From a bacterium (GTDB taxonomy: Bacteria > J088 > JAWLBW01): 48,107 bases of DNA. Both the position numbers and the translations under genes were made by a program. A model generated the notes under the pieces. It was not told the DNA's origin. It ran no database searches and worked only from the letters and a program-made list of their open reading frames with translations. Shown piece by piece: positions 6,985 to 16,379 of the stretch (positions are counted from its first letter, which is position 1; each line of letters begins with the position of its first letter). The stretch covers positions 124,001 to 172,107 of the forward strand of contig JAWLHK010000009.1 of NCBI GenBank assembly GCA_041690355.1, given 5' to 3'.

Positions 6985-8127
6985 GTGGAACACCACGTGA
7001 CCATTTTCGATACCACCCTGCGCGACGGCGAACAGAGCCCCGGCGCGGGCATGACCCCGTCCGACAAGATCCGTTTCGCCCGCCAGCTCGCCCGGCTCGG
7101 CGTCGACGTCATCGAGGCCGGTTTTCCGGCGGCCAGCCCGGGAGATTTCGCGGCCGTGCACGCCATCGCCACCGAGATACGCTCGGCGACGGTCTGCGCC
7201 CTCGCGCGCATGGCCGATACCGACATCGATCGCGCCATCGCCGCCGTGCGGCCGGCCGCCCGTCCGCGGATTCACGTCTTCATCGCCACGAGCGACCTGC
7301 ACCTGGCAGCCAAGCTGCGCATGGAGCGTGACGTGGTGCTGGCTCGCATCGATGCGGGGGTCCGGCGCGCGAAGGCTTCGGGCGCCGAGGTGGAGTTCAG
7401 CGCCGAGGACGCCACCCGCTCCGATCGCGCGTTTCTCGCGGAGGCCTACGCGACGGCCATCGCCGCCGGCGCCGACGTGCTGAACGTGCCCGACACCGTC
7501 GGATACGCCATGCCCGAAGACATGGCTGCTCTGATAACGTACCTGCGGACGACCGTACCGGGCATGGCAGAACGGATCGTCTCCGTCCACTGCCACGATG
7601 ACCTGGGGATGGCGGTCGCGAACAGCCTGGCCGCCGTGCGCGCCGGGGCCCGGCAGGTCGAGTGCGCCGTGAACGGCATCGGCGAACGGGCCGGAAATGC
7701 GGCGCTGGAAGAGATCGTCATGGCCATGCGCGCCCGGCCCGACGCGTGTCCGTGGAGTACGCGCATCCAGAGTACGGAGCTGATGGCTGCCAGCCGCCTG
7801 CTGACGGAGATCACCGGCCTCATGGTGCCTCCAAACAAGGCGGTCGTCGGCGCCAACGCCTTCGCGCATGCATCCGGCGTACACCAGGACGGCGTCGTCA
7901 AGAATCGGGCGACCTACGAAATACTCGATCCGGCGGCCGTCGGCCTGACGTCGAACAGCCTCGTTCTGAGCAAGCACAGCGGCCGCAACGCCCTGCGCGC
8001 ACGGCTGCGCGCGCTGGGGGTCGACGTGCGCGAAGAACGCTTCGAAGCGCTGTTCTCGGAGTTCAAGCGCGTGGCCGATCGGCATCCCGTCATCGATGAC
8101 GCAATCCTGCGCACGCTGGCCGTCTGA
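6985..8127 (+). CDS. leuA: 2-isopropylmalate synthase, short form lacking the C-terminal regulatory domain
   Basis: GTG start after GAGGAG; DTTLRDGEQ, IEAGFP, EFSAEDA, HCHDDLG, GIGERAGN, HASGVHQDG; only 380 aa. Confidence 0.85.
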   Translation: MEHHVTIFDTTLRDGEQSPGAGMTPSDKIRFARQLARLGVDVIEAGFPAASPGDFAAVHAIATEIRSATVCALARMADTDIDRAIAAVRPAARPRIHVFIATSDLHLAAKLRMERDVVLARIDAGVRRAKASGAEVEFSAEDATRSDRAFLAEAYATAIAAGADVLNVPDTVGYAMPEDMAALITYLRTTVPGMAERIVSVHCHDDLGMAVANSLAAVRAGARQVECAVNGIGERAGNAALEEIVMAMRARPDACPWSTRIQSTELMAASRLLTEITGLMVPPNKAVVGANAFAHASGVHQDGVVKNRATYEILDPAAVGLTSNSLVLSKHSGRNALRARLRALGVDVREERFEALFSEFKRVADRHPVIDDAILRTLAV

Positions 8128-8133
8128 GGGGCT

Positions 8134-8165
8134 CCGGGTCCCTCTCCACCCGGAGAGGGACCCGG
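8134..8165. terminator. Hairpin between convergent leuA and the giant lipoprotein gene
   Basis: Perfect 14-bp stem CCGGGTCCCTCTCC-ACCC-GGAGAGGGACCCGG; no U tract. Confidence 0.65.
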
Positions 8166-8172
8166 CGCCGAC

Positions 8173-11100
8173 TCAGTGCAGTTCGAAGATCTGGAGCGGG
8201 CCGGCGCCGACGGTGTAGGCGTACCGCCCCTCGAGCACGGCGTCCTGAATGGCCCCGCGGCCACTGAGAATCGTCCCCATCCCCCGCTCGGTCAGAAGGC
8301 CGCCGTGGTAGATGCCGAACGTTCCGTCGTCGCGCCCGACGCCGAACAGACCCGAGAGGCGCGTGATCGACAAGGGTTGGCGGCCGACCGGCCAGAAGTT
8401 CCACTCGCCGATGTTCGAACAGCCCACCGACGGATCGAATTCGTAGACCGAAAGCGACCAGCCGACGATCAGAGCCAGCGTGTGCCACTCGCCCGACCAC
8501 TTCATGCGGGCGAATTCCACGTCGTTACCCCCTGTCCAGCACGAACCGGTATCGGAGCCGTCGGCGCGCGAGAGTCGGGTCAGCGTCGACTGGGTCAGAA
8601 AGTATGGCTCACCGTCGAAGAGGTGAACGGCGCGCGAAGGCGACCAGTGGGTATGCGTCCACACGAGCGGATGGCCCGGCGCGGTGAGATCATAGGCGTG
8701 CACCTCACTGTTGCTCGTCGCGACGTACAGCAATCCGCCGCCCGCCGCGAGGCTGACCACCGGATCGGTGGCGATGAAGCTGCGCTGCGCGAGAAGGCCG
8801 GGGCGGGAGTCGTAGATGTACACGCCCGTCGTTCCGGTGAGCACCCCGGCGTAGACGACTCCGGCCGTGTCGGCATGGAGGGACGACACGTAGCCGATGT
8901 CTTCCTGCTCGTAGCCGCCGAACGCCCAGTATTCGGCGCCGATGTCCCCCTCGAAGAGGTCTGCAGCCGGCACCGTCTGCTCGACCTCACAGACCGTCTC
9001 TATCCAGGAACCCGGATCCCACTCGTAGCGCAGCACACCGTAGAGCAGATGGTTCTGGCAGAGATCGTCTGTCGTGGCTCCGGGCGGCGGCGTGACCGAA
9101 GCAACCTTGCGGTTGCCCAGGTCATAGACGCTCCACTTGCCGCCCGTACCGTGCCGCACGGTGACGTCATCGCGCTTGTCGTCGGCCTTGGCCACCCGCC
9201 TGGGCGGCGCGATGCGCTTGATCCCGTTCGGGCCGCCCACGTAGACGAAGCCGCCCGCTTTGGCAATCGTCGGCGAGTCGCTGAGATCGGGCGATACGTA
9301 GCGCAGTTCCGGCGCGGCGGGTCCCCAGCGGGTTTCGAGCACCTGGCCGTAGTCCTGCAGCAGGAGACTGCCGTCGCGGGCGTACGCCGCGTTCGAAATA
9401 TACGAGACCGGCGCCTCGGCCACCGGCGTCATCGACAGTTCGTCGAGCCGATAGATCGTGCCGTTTTCTGCGATAGCGAGTGAAGCGCCCAGAAACCGCA
9501 TCCGCCCCGGTCCGACCGGGATGGCGCGTGCGAGGCCACGGATGCGGTAGGTCTGGTCTTCGGTCGAGAGGTAACCATCGCCCGCATCGAAGAAGTACTC
9601 ATCGTCGACGAGCTTGACGAGCGGCAGCGTCACCGGCCCGGTGACGATGCCCGCGTACCGGAGCGACGACAGCGTCGTGCCGTAGATATCGGAACCGGTG
9701 TTGCAGTACACCCTGTCTTCGTCGGTCTTCAAGGCGTAGCAGTTCTCGTCAGAGAAATTCGACTGCCGTTCCTTCGTGGCAAACACGCCGCCGTAGCCGC
9801 CGAACGCCGAGCCGATGTTGCTCAGCGCGTTGCACGACGGCCCCCACTCGTACTCTGTGCAATGCTCGACCGTCGTCGACGTAAACCCGTTCTCGAGGTC
9901 GACCGCAGTCGACCCCATATAGAGCAGCGGACGCACGATATTCATCTTTCCGCAATTCTCGACCTCGCCCGACCGGACGAGCGTCCAGTCGTGCAAGTAC
10001 ACGTCGAGGCGCGCATTGCTGCAGACATAGAAATACTGGTCGTCGGCCGCGATGTCGGCGTAGGGGGCCACGCCCCGCTTGCGGAAGGGGGCCGGCAGCG
10101 ACTGGGAAAGCGAAAACAAGGAAGTTTTGCCCGGTTCCGAAGCTGCCAACCAGGGGCCGGCGCTCGAAATGCGGTTCACCATGCCGTAGACCGGGGTCGA
10201 GTGCTCTGAGTTGGTGTCCACAGTGTAGGCGCGCAGCACCCCCTGCCCCTCGGTCGTGACGAACATCCCGCCGAGCGCCGTGACCGGATCCCACGATCCG
10301 TACCACTGCTCGCCGTACAGGCCGGCGTAGGAGTGCGTGAGGCCGGGATTGTAGGTCGACTCGACCGGGTTGTCGGGATCGGCCAGGTCGAGTTCGGTCA
10401 CCTGCCCCCAGGCGTAACCGAGAATGTATCGCCCCCGCTGCATGATCGGCGACTCGCCGAACGAGCCCGTGCTCAGATAGACGACAGCGGGGGAATTCAG
10501 GTTCGAGGCGTCGTCGGCGTAGATCTCGACCTGGCTCCATAGGAGCCGATAGACGCGGCCGGCATAGGCGGCGAACTGCGAGCCCGCCTCGAAGGCGCCG
10601 CGCAGGCGCACGGGGTTCTGCACGTCGCTGACGTCATAGACCCCCGAAGTGGTCCAGAGAATGTCGCCGGTGCGCACGGCGCTTCCGCCGTCGAACGGGT
10701 AGTTGCCGTCATAAGTCTTGAGCGGCTGCGGGGCATAGGGATCGGTCATCTCCCACAGGCTGCCGTCGACCCCGAACGCAAGGCCTGCCTCTTCGTCGAA
10801 GACCAGACGTGCGCCGCTGGCCTGCAGCGCGGCGGCCTGGCGGAACCGGTAGGACTCGGGAAGCGAAAAGTAACGCCCGTTGGCCGAGTTGCCCCACTGC
10901 GACCAGGGGATATGGAACTGGTCGAGCCCGAGGATCGCCTGCATAGCACGCCGGCCGCGCACCTGAGCGCCCGGCCAGGCGGGTGTATTGCCGGCACGCG
11001 CCAACAGCGTGTCGGCATCGGGATCCTGACGCCAGTCGAGCCAATAGCGGCTCGCCGACAACGGTATCGCGCGCACATCGCTGACGTTGTTCTGTGCGAG

Positions 11101-14100
11101 CCTGGGCACGACGACTTCGCGCATCGTGCGCGTGCCGCGGGCGCCTGCCTGGCTGTAAGCCGTGCCGGTAATCTTCAAATGGCCCGACTCACCAAGATCC
11201 ACCGTGGTCCACGGGTCGCTTCGCGTGCCCCGATAGGTGAAGCGCCTGGGCTCTCCGGTCGCTGTCTGCACCAGAAACTGCATCGAAGCCGGGTTGGGCA
11301 CGTAGTCGACCGAGCCCTGCACGAGGGCATACCGCCAGTCGGCGTAGGGGGTGAATACGCCGTTGACATGGCCGGCAAGGTCGACGCGTGCGTTCGTCTG
11401 CCAGTACGAGAGGCGAACGTTGCCCAGGGACGTGAGCGTGAGCGCCGCCGTCACCGGGATACCGTATTCGTCGCTGCTGCGCCACACGATGACCGCCTGC
11501 TGGGCCGACGCATAATACGACGTGGTCGGCATGGCATAGAACCTGGTGAGGGCACAGGCCGTCGTTTCGCCAATCTTCGCGCAGGCCTTGCGCCCCGGCT
11601 CCACGTCAACCGTCGTGGCGGTGGCGTCGTAGTAGGGAAACTCGAAGGGCAGCGCAATCGTACTGCCGGCAAGCGGCGTCAGGTTCGTCAACGACGGCAG
11701 CCCTGAAGATCGGCTGACGCTCCATTGCGCCTGAAAGCGAATCTGTCCCGGCTGCTGCGAGTAGACCGAGAACTCGGCCGTGGGGGCCGTGTCGTCGAAC
11801 AGCACGGCGCTGGGAACGCCGATCGAAACGTTTCCGCTGGGGTCCGAGAGCCAGAAGTAGTAGGTGTACTCGCCCGGCGTCTCGGGAAGCGTAATGTCGA
11901 TGGCCGCGACCTGGCGCCCGTCGAGCTCGGCTTCTTCGGTTTTTCCGGTTAGGGGATCTGTGAAAACCAGCTCGGTGAGGGGTTCGACGAGCTGCCAGCC
12001 GTTGTCGTGATAGACCGGCGAGTCGCTGAAACGCGCGCGCACGCCCGGCGCGAAGTTTCCCAGCAGATAGGCGGTGACGTTGCGGGTCGTCGTGAATCCC
12101 GCGTTGGCGCCGGCTCCGAGAATGGCAACGAAGTCGAGTTGCGGGGCAAGGTCGCCCGAAGCCATAACCACCTCGCGGCTCGCCGTCACGTTGCCCGCCT
12201 CGTCGCGGTAGCGGATCCAGACGGTCTGCACCCCCTCGGCGAAAGTGATCTCCGCGGCGTAGGGCACCCAGGCTTCACTGTCGAAAGTGCCGTCGGTACT
12301 CACCTGCATTTCACTCGCCCCCGCCACCGATTGACGCAGCAGCGGGCTTCCCGCCCCGCGCACGCGGGTGGGCGCCGCAAGCCGCTGAACCATGCGCCGC
12401 AGGATCTCTCCGAAAACCGGCTGATCAGACTCGGTGCGCCAGTAGAACTCGGCGCGCGAATTCGCCGAGACCGGCAGCGAGTAGTAACGGGTGCCGTCGG
12501 CGTTGGCGACGTTCATGCGGCGCACGTCCCAGTACGAACCCCAGCTGGGCGGATAAACGTAGGTCGCCGTCATCGTCGACCGGGTCACATCCAGCGTATA
12601 CTGCGTGCCGTACACGGAGCACACATACTCGACTCCATTCCAGAAGCAGCTCTCCCAGGGGTCGCCGATGCTGATCGTGGTGTCTGACAGGGCGAGCGAC
12701 TGCATATAGCCGTCGAAGCGCAGCGTGCCCGGAAAATTCGAGGAGTAGTGGTCGTACTGGCCATCCCAGAGGTTGTTCAGCACGGCGAAGGTTTCCCAGT
12801 ACGGCTGCGTGATCGTCACGCGATCGACCGGGATGCCGGCGAACCAGCCCGACTCGGTGAAGGTATAAGTTCCCTCGACGATGGGCCCCCCCAGATTCGT
12901 GCTGTCGGTAAACGGCGCCCACGAGTAGCTGCTGTCGTCGGTGCGCGCCATGGCGGCGAGCGGAAAGTGCAGCGTCATGGCATTGCGCCCCGTGCCCGTG
13001 TTCGGGTCGTATGCGGTGCCCGAGATGACCGGAACAACGTCAGAAAGCGTCTCCCACTGCTGGCTCGACCACCCCAGCGGTCCGGGCGTGACCATGTATT
13101 GCTTCGCGTTTCCGGTGCCGCCCCACTGATAGCCGCCGCCGCTCACCCGCAGCGGAATCGAAATCCCTGCGAACGGGTTGTCGCCGACGGGGGTGATCAC
13201 GGCATCGAACGGGGGCGGCGTGTCAGAGTAGCCGTAATTGTCGGCGCGAATCGTCGATCCGTTGCCGCAGATTGACCGATCGCTGTAATAAGACGAGGTC
13301 GAGCCGATGAAGGTGACCTGGCCGCACTCGGTCGTCGTCGACCCGAGGCCGTACTCCTGCGCCAGGCGGGCGAGCAACGCATTCGACCGCGCGTCGAGGC
13401 GCAGACCGATGAGACCCGGCACCGTGGCGGGTACGTGATAGCCCGGCGGCATGCTGGGCTGGCTGCTCGTGCCGTCGGCGTAATGCGCGCGCACCGAAAA
13501 ACCGGGGTGCATCCCCCCCACCTCGAGGCGGGTCTCGGTGGTAAACGTCGCCGCGCGCAGGGCTCCCTGATCATAGAGTTCGACCGTATACCCCGTCACG
13601 TCGCCGGCAAGGTGCTCCCAGACGATCGTGTCGTTGACGACGGCGCCGTGCACGAAGCCGACGGCAGGGGGCGATGTGTCAATGTTCAGGTCGATGCTGA
13701 TGGCCGACGACTCATTCTCGGCCTGATCGCGAAAACGACCATACAGGGTGACCGGCCCATCCACACCGGGAAAGACCCAGGTGATCGTCGGCTGAAAGGC
13801 CTGCCAGATGGAATTCGTGAAATTCGGGTCCTCCGAAATCTGCATCTCGGCGACATCATCATCGACAAGAATCGCAAGCGGAACGATGTTCGAGGAGACC
13901 AGCGGGCCTGAAGCGCTCACGAACTCGGCCACCGGCGCCAGACGGTCGAGCGTGATAGACGCCGAAACCGGGGTTGAGAAGTTACCGGCGTTATCGTAGA
14001 AGCTCACCCAGACGAACTTCAGACCGTCGGCCAGCGGCTGATCGACGATGTGAACCCGCTGCGGCTCGTAGGGGAGCAGGCTCGCCGAGGCGACCCCCGC

Positions 14101-15228
14101 GGCCGTCGGCGCGAGGCGGTAGCCGCGAATGCCCGAGCCCCCCTCTGAAGCGATAAGGGTGAGCGTGACGATCCCCTGGGGATCGGTGGTGTAGTGATCG
14201 CCGTTGTTGATGCTCACGACCGGATATCCGGGCTCCGTGGCGTCGTAAAAGATACTCCCCGTGCGGTCGTCGGTCTCGCGCCCGTCGGCGTCGACGTAGC
14301 GCACGCAGACGGTATGCAGCCCCTCGGCGGGAATGGGGTAAGAGACCTCAGCTTCGTAGGGCACGGCCGGATCGCTGTATACGCAGTCTGCGCTGCTGCC
14401 GCTCGCAGAGCTGCCGATCTTCATCTGTTCCGCATTGAATCCGGACAGCTGCAGCGTGACGTCGCGGTTGCGCGTGTACTGTTCGCTCGGGCCCTCGGGG
14501 CCCTGGCCGATGATGCGCACGAAACCCGAGAGGGGCGTGAGCAGCACCTCGTCGACGAGCACGGTGCCGTCGCCGGTGACCTCGACCGTGCCGACATCGA
14601 GGGTGCCGGTCTCCTGCTGCGAAGCCGAGAGTTCATACACCCCGGCATCGACGCCATCGACCGACCACGAGCCGTCGCTTCCCGAGAAGGTGGAATAGGA
14701 TACGGTGTCGGTCACGCTGGCCGCCACCCGGAACCCGGGGGCCGCGCCGAGCGAAGCCTGACGGATCGACTGAATGCGCTTGAGAACCATCTGCACGCCG
14801 CCCACGACCGTCTGGTCGTCGATGCGCGCCCGGGCGAGGCCGGCGACCCGGGCCTGACGCAGCTGCAACGCCACCGTTCCCAGATCGACCGTTTCGCCCA
14901 AGGGGAGCACGAGCGTCTCGGTGACCGGGTCGAAGTAGCGGGTCGACAGCGTCAGGGTATAGGCCCCCGGCACGACGCCTTTCAGATCGACGACGCCGTC
15001 GTTGGCCGTGGCATAGGAGTAGGTTCGCTCCTCGCTCGACAGGCGCACGTCGATGCCGCCCGCGTCGGTTTCGCCTTCGAGCAGCAGCCGGCCGCGCAAG
15101 GCCGCTTTGGCCTGCAATTCGGGGGGAGCGTCGGAATCGAACGGTCCTTCATGCGGCAGGGGTTCGAAGCAGGCGGTCGCAAGAAACGACAGAACGCCGG
15201 CAAACACGACTCTTCCGTAGGCACCCAT
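8173..15228 (-). CDS. Giant modular lipoprotein (2351 aa): carboxypeptidase-regulatory-like domains, Ig-like repeats, C-terminal LVIVD-like beta-propellers
   Basis: 7-kb open frame; lipobox LATAC (Cys20); five DxxGN-type modules; YDVSD..NP, ELDLAD..NP and AYDLT..P propeller-like blades; SD GGGGAG. Confidence 0.8.
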   Translation of the reverse strand: MGAYGRVVFAGVLSFLATACFEPLPHEGPFDSDAPPELQAKAALRGRLLLEGETDAGGIDVRLSSEERTYSYATANDGVVDLKGVVPGAYTLTLSTRYFDPVTETLVLPLGETVDLGTVALQLRQARVAGLARARIDDQTVVGGVQMVLKRIQSIRQASLGAAPGFRVAASVTDTVSYSTFSGSDGSWSVDGVDAGVYELSASQQETGTLDVGTVEVTGDGTVLVDEVLLTPLSGFVRIIGQGPEGPSEQYTRNRDVTLQLSGFNAEQMKIGSSASGSSADCVYSDPAVPYEAEVSYPIPAEGLHTVCVRYVDADGRETDDRTGSIFYDATEPGYPVVSINNGDHYTTDPQGIVTLTLIASEGGSGIRGYRLAPTAAGVASASLLPYEPQRVHIVDQPLADGLKFVWVSFYDNAGNFSTPVSASITLDRLAPVAEFVSASGPLVSSNIVPLAILVDDDVAEMQISEDPNFTNSIWQAFQPTITWVFPGVDGPVTLYGRFRDQAENESSAISIDLNIDTSPPAVGFVHGAVVNDTIVWEHLAGDVTGYTVELYDQGALRAATFTTETRLEVGGMHPGFSVRAHYADGTSSQPSMPPGYHVPATVPGLIGLRLDARSNALLARLAQEYGLGSTTTECGQVTFIGSTSSYYSDRSICGNGSTIRADNYGYSDTPPPFDAVITPVGDNPFAGISIPLRVSGGGYQWGGTGNAKQYMVTPGPLGWSSQQWETLSDVVPVISGTAYDPNTGTGRNAMTLHFPLAAMARTDDSSYSWAPFTDSTNLGGPIVEGTYTFTESGWFAGIPVDRVTITQPYWETFAVLNNLWDGQYDHYSSNFPGTLRFDGYMQSLALSDTTISIGDPWESCFWNGVEYVCSVYGTQYTLDVTRSTMTATYVYPPSWGSYWDVRRMNVANADGTRYYSLPVSANSRAEFYWRTESDQPVFGEILRRMVQRLAAPTRVRGAGSPLLRQSVAGASEMQVSTDGTFDSEAWVPYAAEITFAEGVQTVWIRYRDEAGNVTASREVVMASGDLAPQLDFVAILGAGANAGFTTTRNVTAYLLGNFAPGVRARFSDSPVYHDNGWQLVEPLTELVFTDPLTGKTEEAELDGRQVAAIDITLPETPGEYTYYFWLSDPSGNVSIGVPSAVLFDDTAPTAEFSVYSQQPGQIRFQAQWSVSRSSGLPSLTNLTPLAGSTIALPFEFPYYDATATTVDVEPGRKACAKIGETTACALTRFYAMPTTSYYASAQQAVIVWRSSDEYGIPVTAALTLTSLGNVRLSYWQTNARVDLAGHVNGVFTPYADWRYALVQGSVDYVPNPASMQFLVQTATGEPRRFTYRGTRSDPWTTVDLGESGHLKITGTAYSQAGARGTRTMREVVVPRLAQNNVSDVRAIPLSASRYWLDWRQDPDADTLLARAGNTPAWPGAQVRGRRAMQAILGLDQFHIPWSQWGNSANGRYFSLPESYRFRQAAALQASGARLVFDEEAGLAFGVDGSLWEMTDPYAPQPLKTYDGNYPFDGGSAVRTGDILWTTSGVYDVSDVQNPVRLRGAFEAGSQFAAYAGRVYRLLWSQVEIYADDASNLNSPAVVYLSTGSFGESPIMQRGRYILGYAWGQVTELDLADPDNPVESTYNPGLTHSYAGLYGEQWYGSWDPVTALGGMFVTTEGQGVLRAYTVDTNSEHSTPVYGMVNRISSAGPWLAASEPGKTSLFSLSQSLPAPFRKRGVAPYADIAADDQYFYVCSNARLDVYLHDWTLVRSGEVENCGKMNIVRPLLYMGSTAVDLENGFTSTTVEHCTEYEWGPSCNALSNIGSAFGGYGGVFATKERQSNFSDENCYALKTDEDRVYCNTGSDIYGTTLSSLRYAGIVTGPVTLPLVKLVDDEYFFDAGDGYLSTEDQTYRIRGLARAIPVGPGRMRFLGASLAIAENGTIYRLDELSMTPVAEAPVSYISNAAYARDGSLLLQDYGQVLETRWGPAAPELRYVSPDLSDSPTIAKAGGFVYVGGPNGIKRIAPPRRVAKADDKRDDVTVRHGTGGKWSVYDLGNRKVASVTPPPGATTDDLCQNHLLYGVLRYEWDPGSWIETVCEVEQTVPAADLFEGDIGAEYWAFGGYEQEDIGYVSSLHADTAGVVYAGVLTGTTGVYIYDSRPGLLAQRSFIATDPVVSLAAGGGLLYVATSNSEVHAYDLTAPGHPLVWTHTHWSPSRAVHLFDGEPYFLTQSTLTRLSRADGSDTGSCWTGGNDVEFARMKWSGEWHTLALIVGWSLSVYEFDPSVGCSNIGEWNFWPVGRQPLSITRLSGLFGVGRDDGTFGIYHGGLLTERGMGTILSGRGAIQDAVLEGRYAYTVGAGPLQIFELH

Positions 15229-15490
15229 GAGCTCTCCCCGGGACAGGTGACGGGGAGAAACGGGATCCCCCCAGACTGCCGATCATTGAAGCAGTCTTCA
15301 CAGGGTAGCGCCACTCGACAGGCCGGAACCATGACACCGATCACACAGAAGGCCGCTCCCCCACCGGATCCGCGAAAAAGCGGTCGCGCGCGCCGGGGCC
15401 CGGCCGATCGTCTGCTACGATGGAGTACAAAGGGTACCGATGGTTTCCGACAGCGCAAAATCGCCGAAACGTGGCCTGCAGCTCGCGGGC

Positions 15491-16030
15491 ATGCGTCTTC
15501 TTCTCCTGCTGCTGCCGGCGCTGCTCCCGCCCGCGGCGGCCCACGCCGCGGATCCGATGGTGTTGGACCCCGATTTCGAACCAGCCCGCTACCTGGGCAC
15601 CTGGTACGAGATCGCGCGCATGCCGAACCGGTTTCAGGCCGGGTGTGTCGGGACGACGGCGACCTATTCGCTGCGCGATGACGGCGATTTCCGCGTCGAG
15701 AACCGCTGCCGTGAAGACACGTTCGACGGCGCAGAAACGGGGATCACGGGCAAGGCATGGATCCCCGATCCCGCGGAGCCGGCCAAGTGGAAGGTCCGGT
15801 TCTTCTGGCCCTTCTCTGCCGACTACTGGATACTCGAGGTCGGACCCGAGTACGAATACGCCCTGGTCGGCGAGCCTGATCGGGACAAGGCGTGGATCCT
15901 GGCCCGCCGGCCGCAGCTCGACGAGAAAATCGTGAAGCGCCTGGTCGCGCGGCTGCGGGCACAGGGCTATGACGTCGAGCGGCTCGAGTGGACGCCGCAA
16001 CGCCCGGCGCCCCCCGAATCCGGCCGCTGA
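15491..16030 (+). CDS. blc: Bacterial lipocalin (Blc family), secreted
   Basis: Signal peptide MRLLLLLL...AHA; RYLGTWYEIAR, ATYSL, DYWIL and WILAR motifs. Confidence 0.9.
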   Translation: MRLLLLLLPALLPPAAAHAADPMVLDPDFEPARYLGTWYEIARMPNRFQAGCVGTTATYSLRDDGDFRVENRCREDTFDGAETGITGKAWIPDPAEPAKWKVRFFWPFSADYWILEVGPEYEYALVGEPDRDKAWILARRPQLDEKIVKRLVARLRAQGYDVERLEWTPQRPAPPESGR

Positions 16031-16060
16031 AACCGGTTCATCCGTGGGGCCGGTTTCAGC
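16026..16060. terminator. Hairpin between the lipocalin gene and a convergent small ORF
   Basis: 11-bp stem GCTGAAACCGG/CCGGTTTCAGC containing the TGA stop codon of each gene. Confidence 0.6.
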
Positions 16061-16187
16061 CGGCCGGTGCCGAAGGATGCCGGTAGTCCCGGAAGCGGCG
16101 CAGCCCGGCCTCGACCAGATCGACCCCGAAGCCCGCCGCCATGCTCAGCGCGACCGTCCCCAGCAGCTTGCGTGTTTTCTTGCGCAT
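16056..16187 (-). CDS. Small hypothetical protein (43 aa)
   Basis: SD GGAGG 5 nt before ATG; MRKKTRKLLGTVALSMAAGFGVDLVEAGLRRFRDYRHPSAPAG*; fills an otherwise empty gap. Confidence 0.5.
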   Translation of the reverse strand: MRKKTRKLLGTVALSMAAGFGVDLVEAGLRRFRDYRHPSAPAG

Positions 16188-16379
16188 CATTGCCTCCCGG
16201 GCGGCACAGGCAGGCCGCCCGGATCCACTCTGCGGCGCCGCCGCGCAGCATGACAAGGGTCGAACGCGGCTGCGCCGAGGGGCGCAGGGCGGTCGGCCGC
16301 GTACCGAAAGCCTGCTGCGCGGCCCGAGCGTAACGCGGGTGTTTCGTCGGGAGCGGTGCGCCTGATAAGATGAAGGCCT

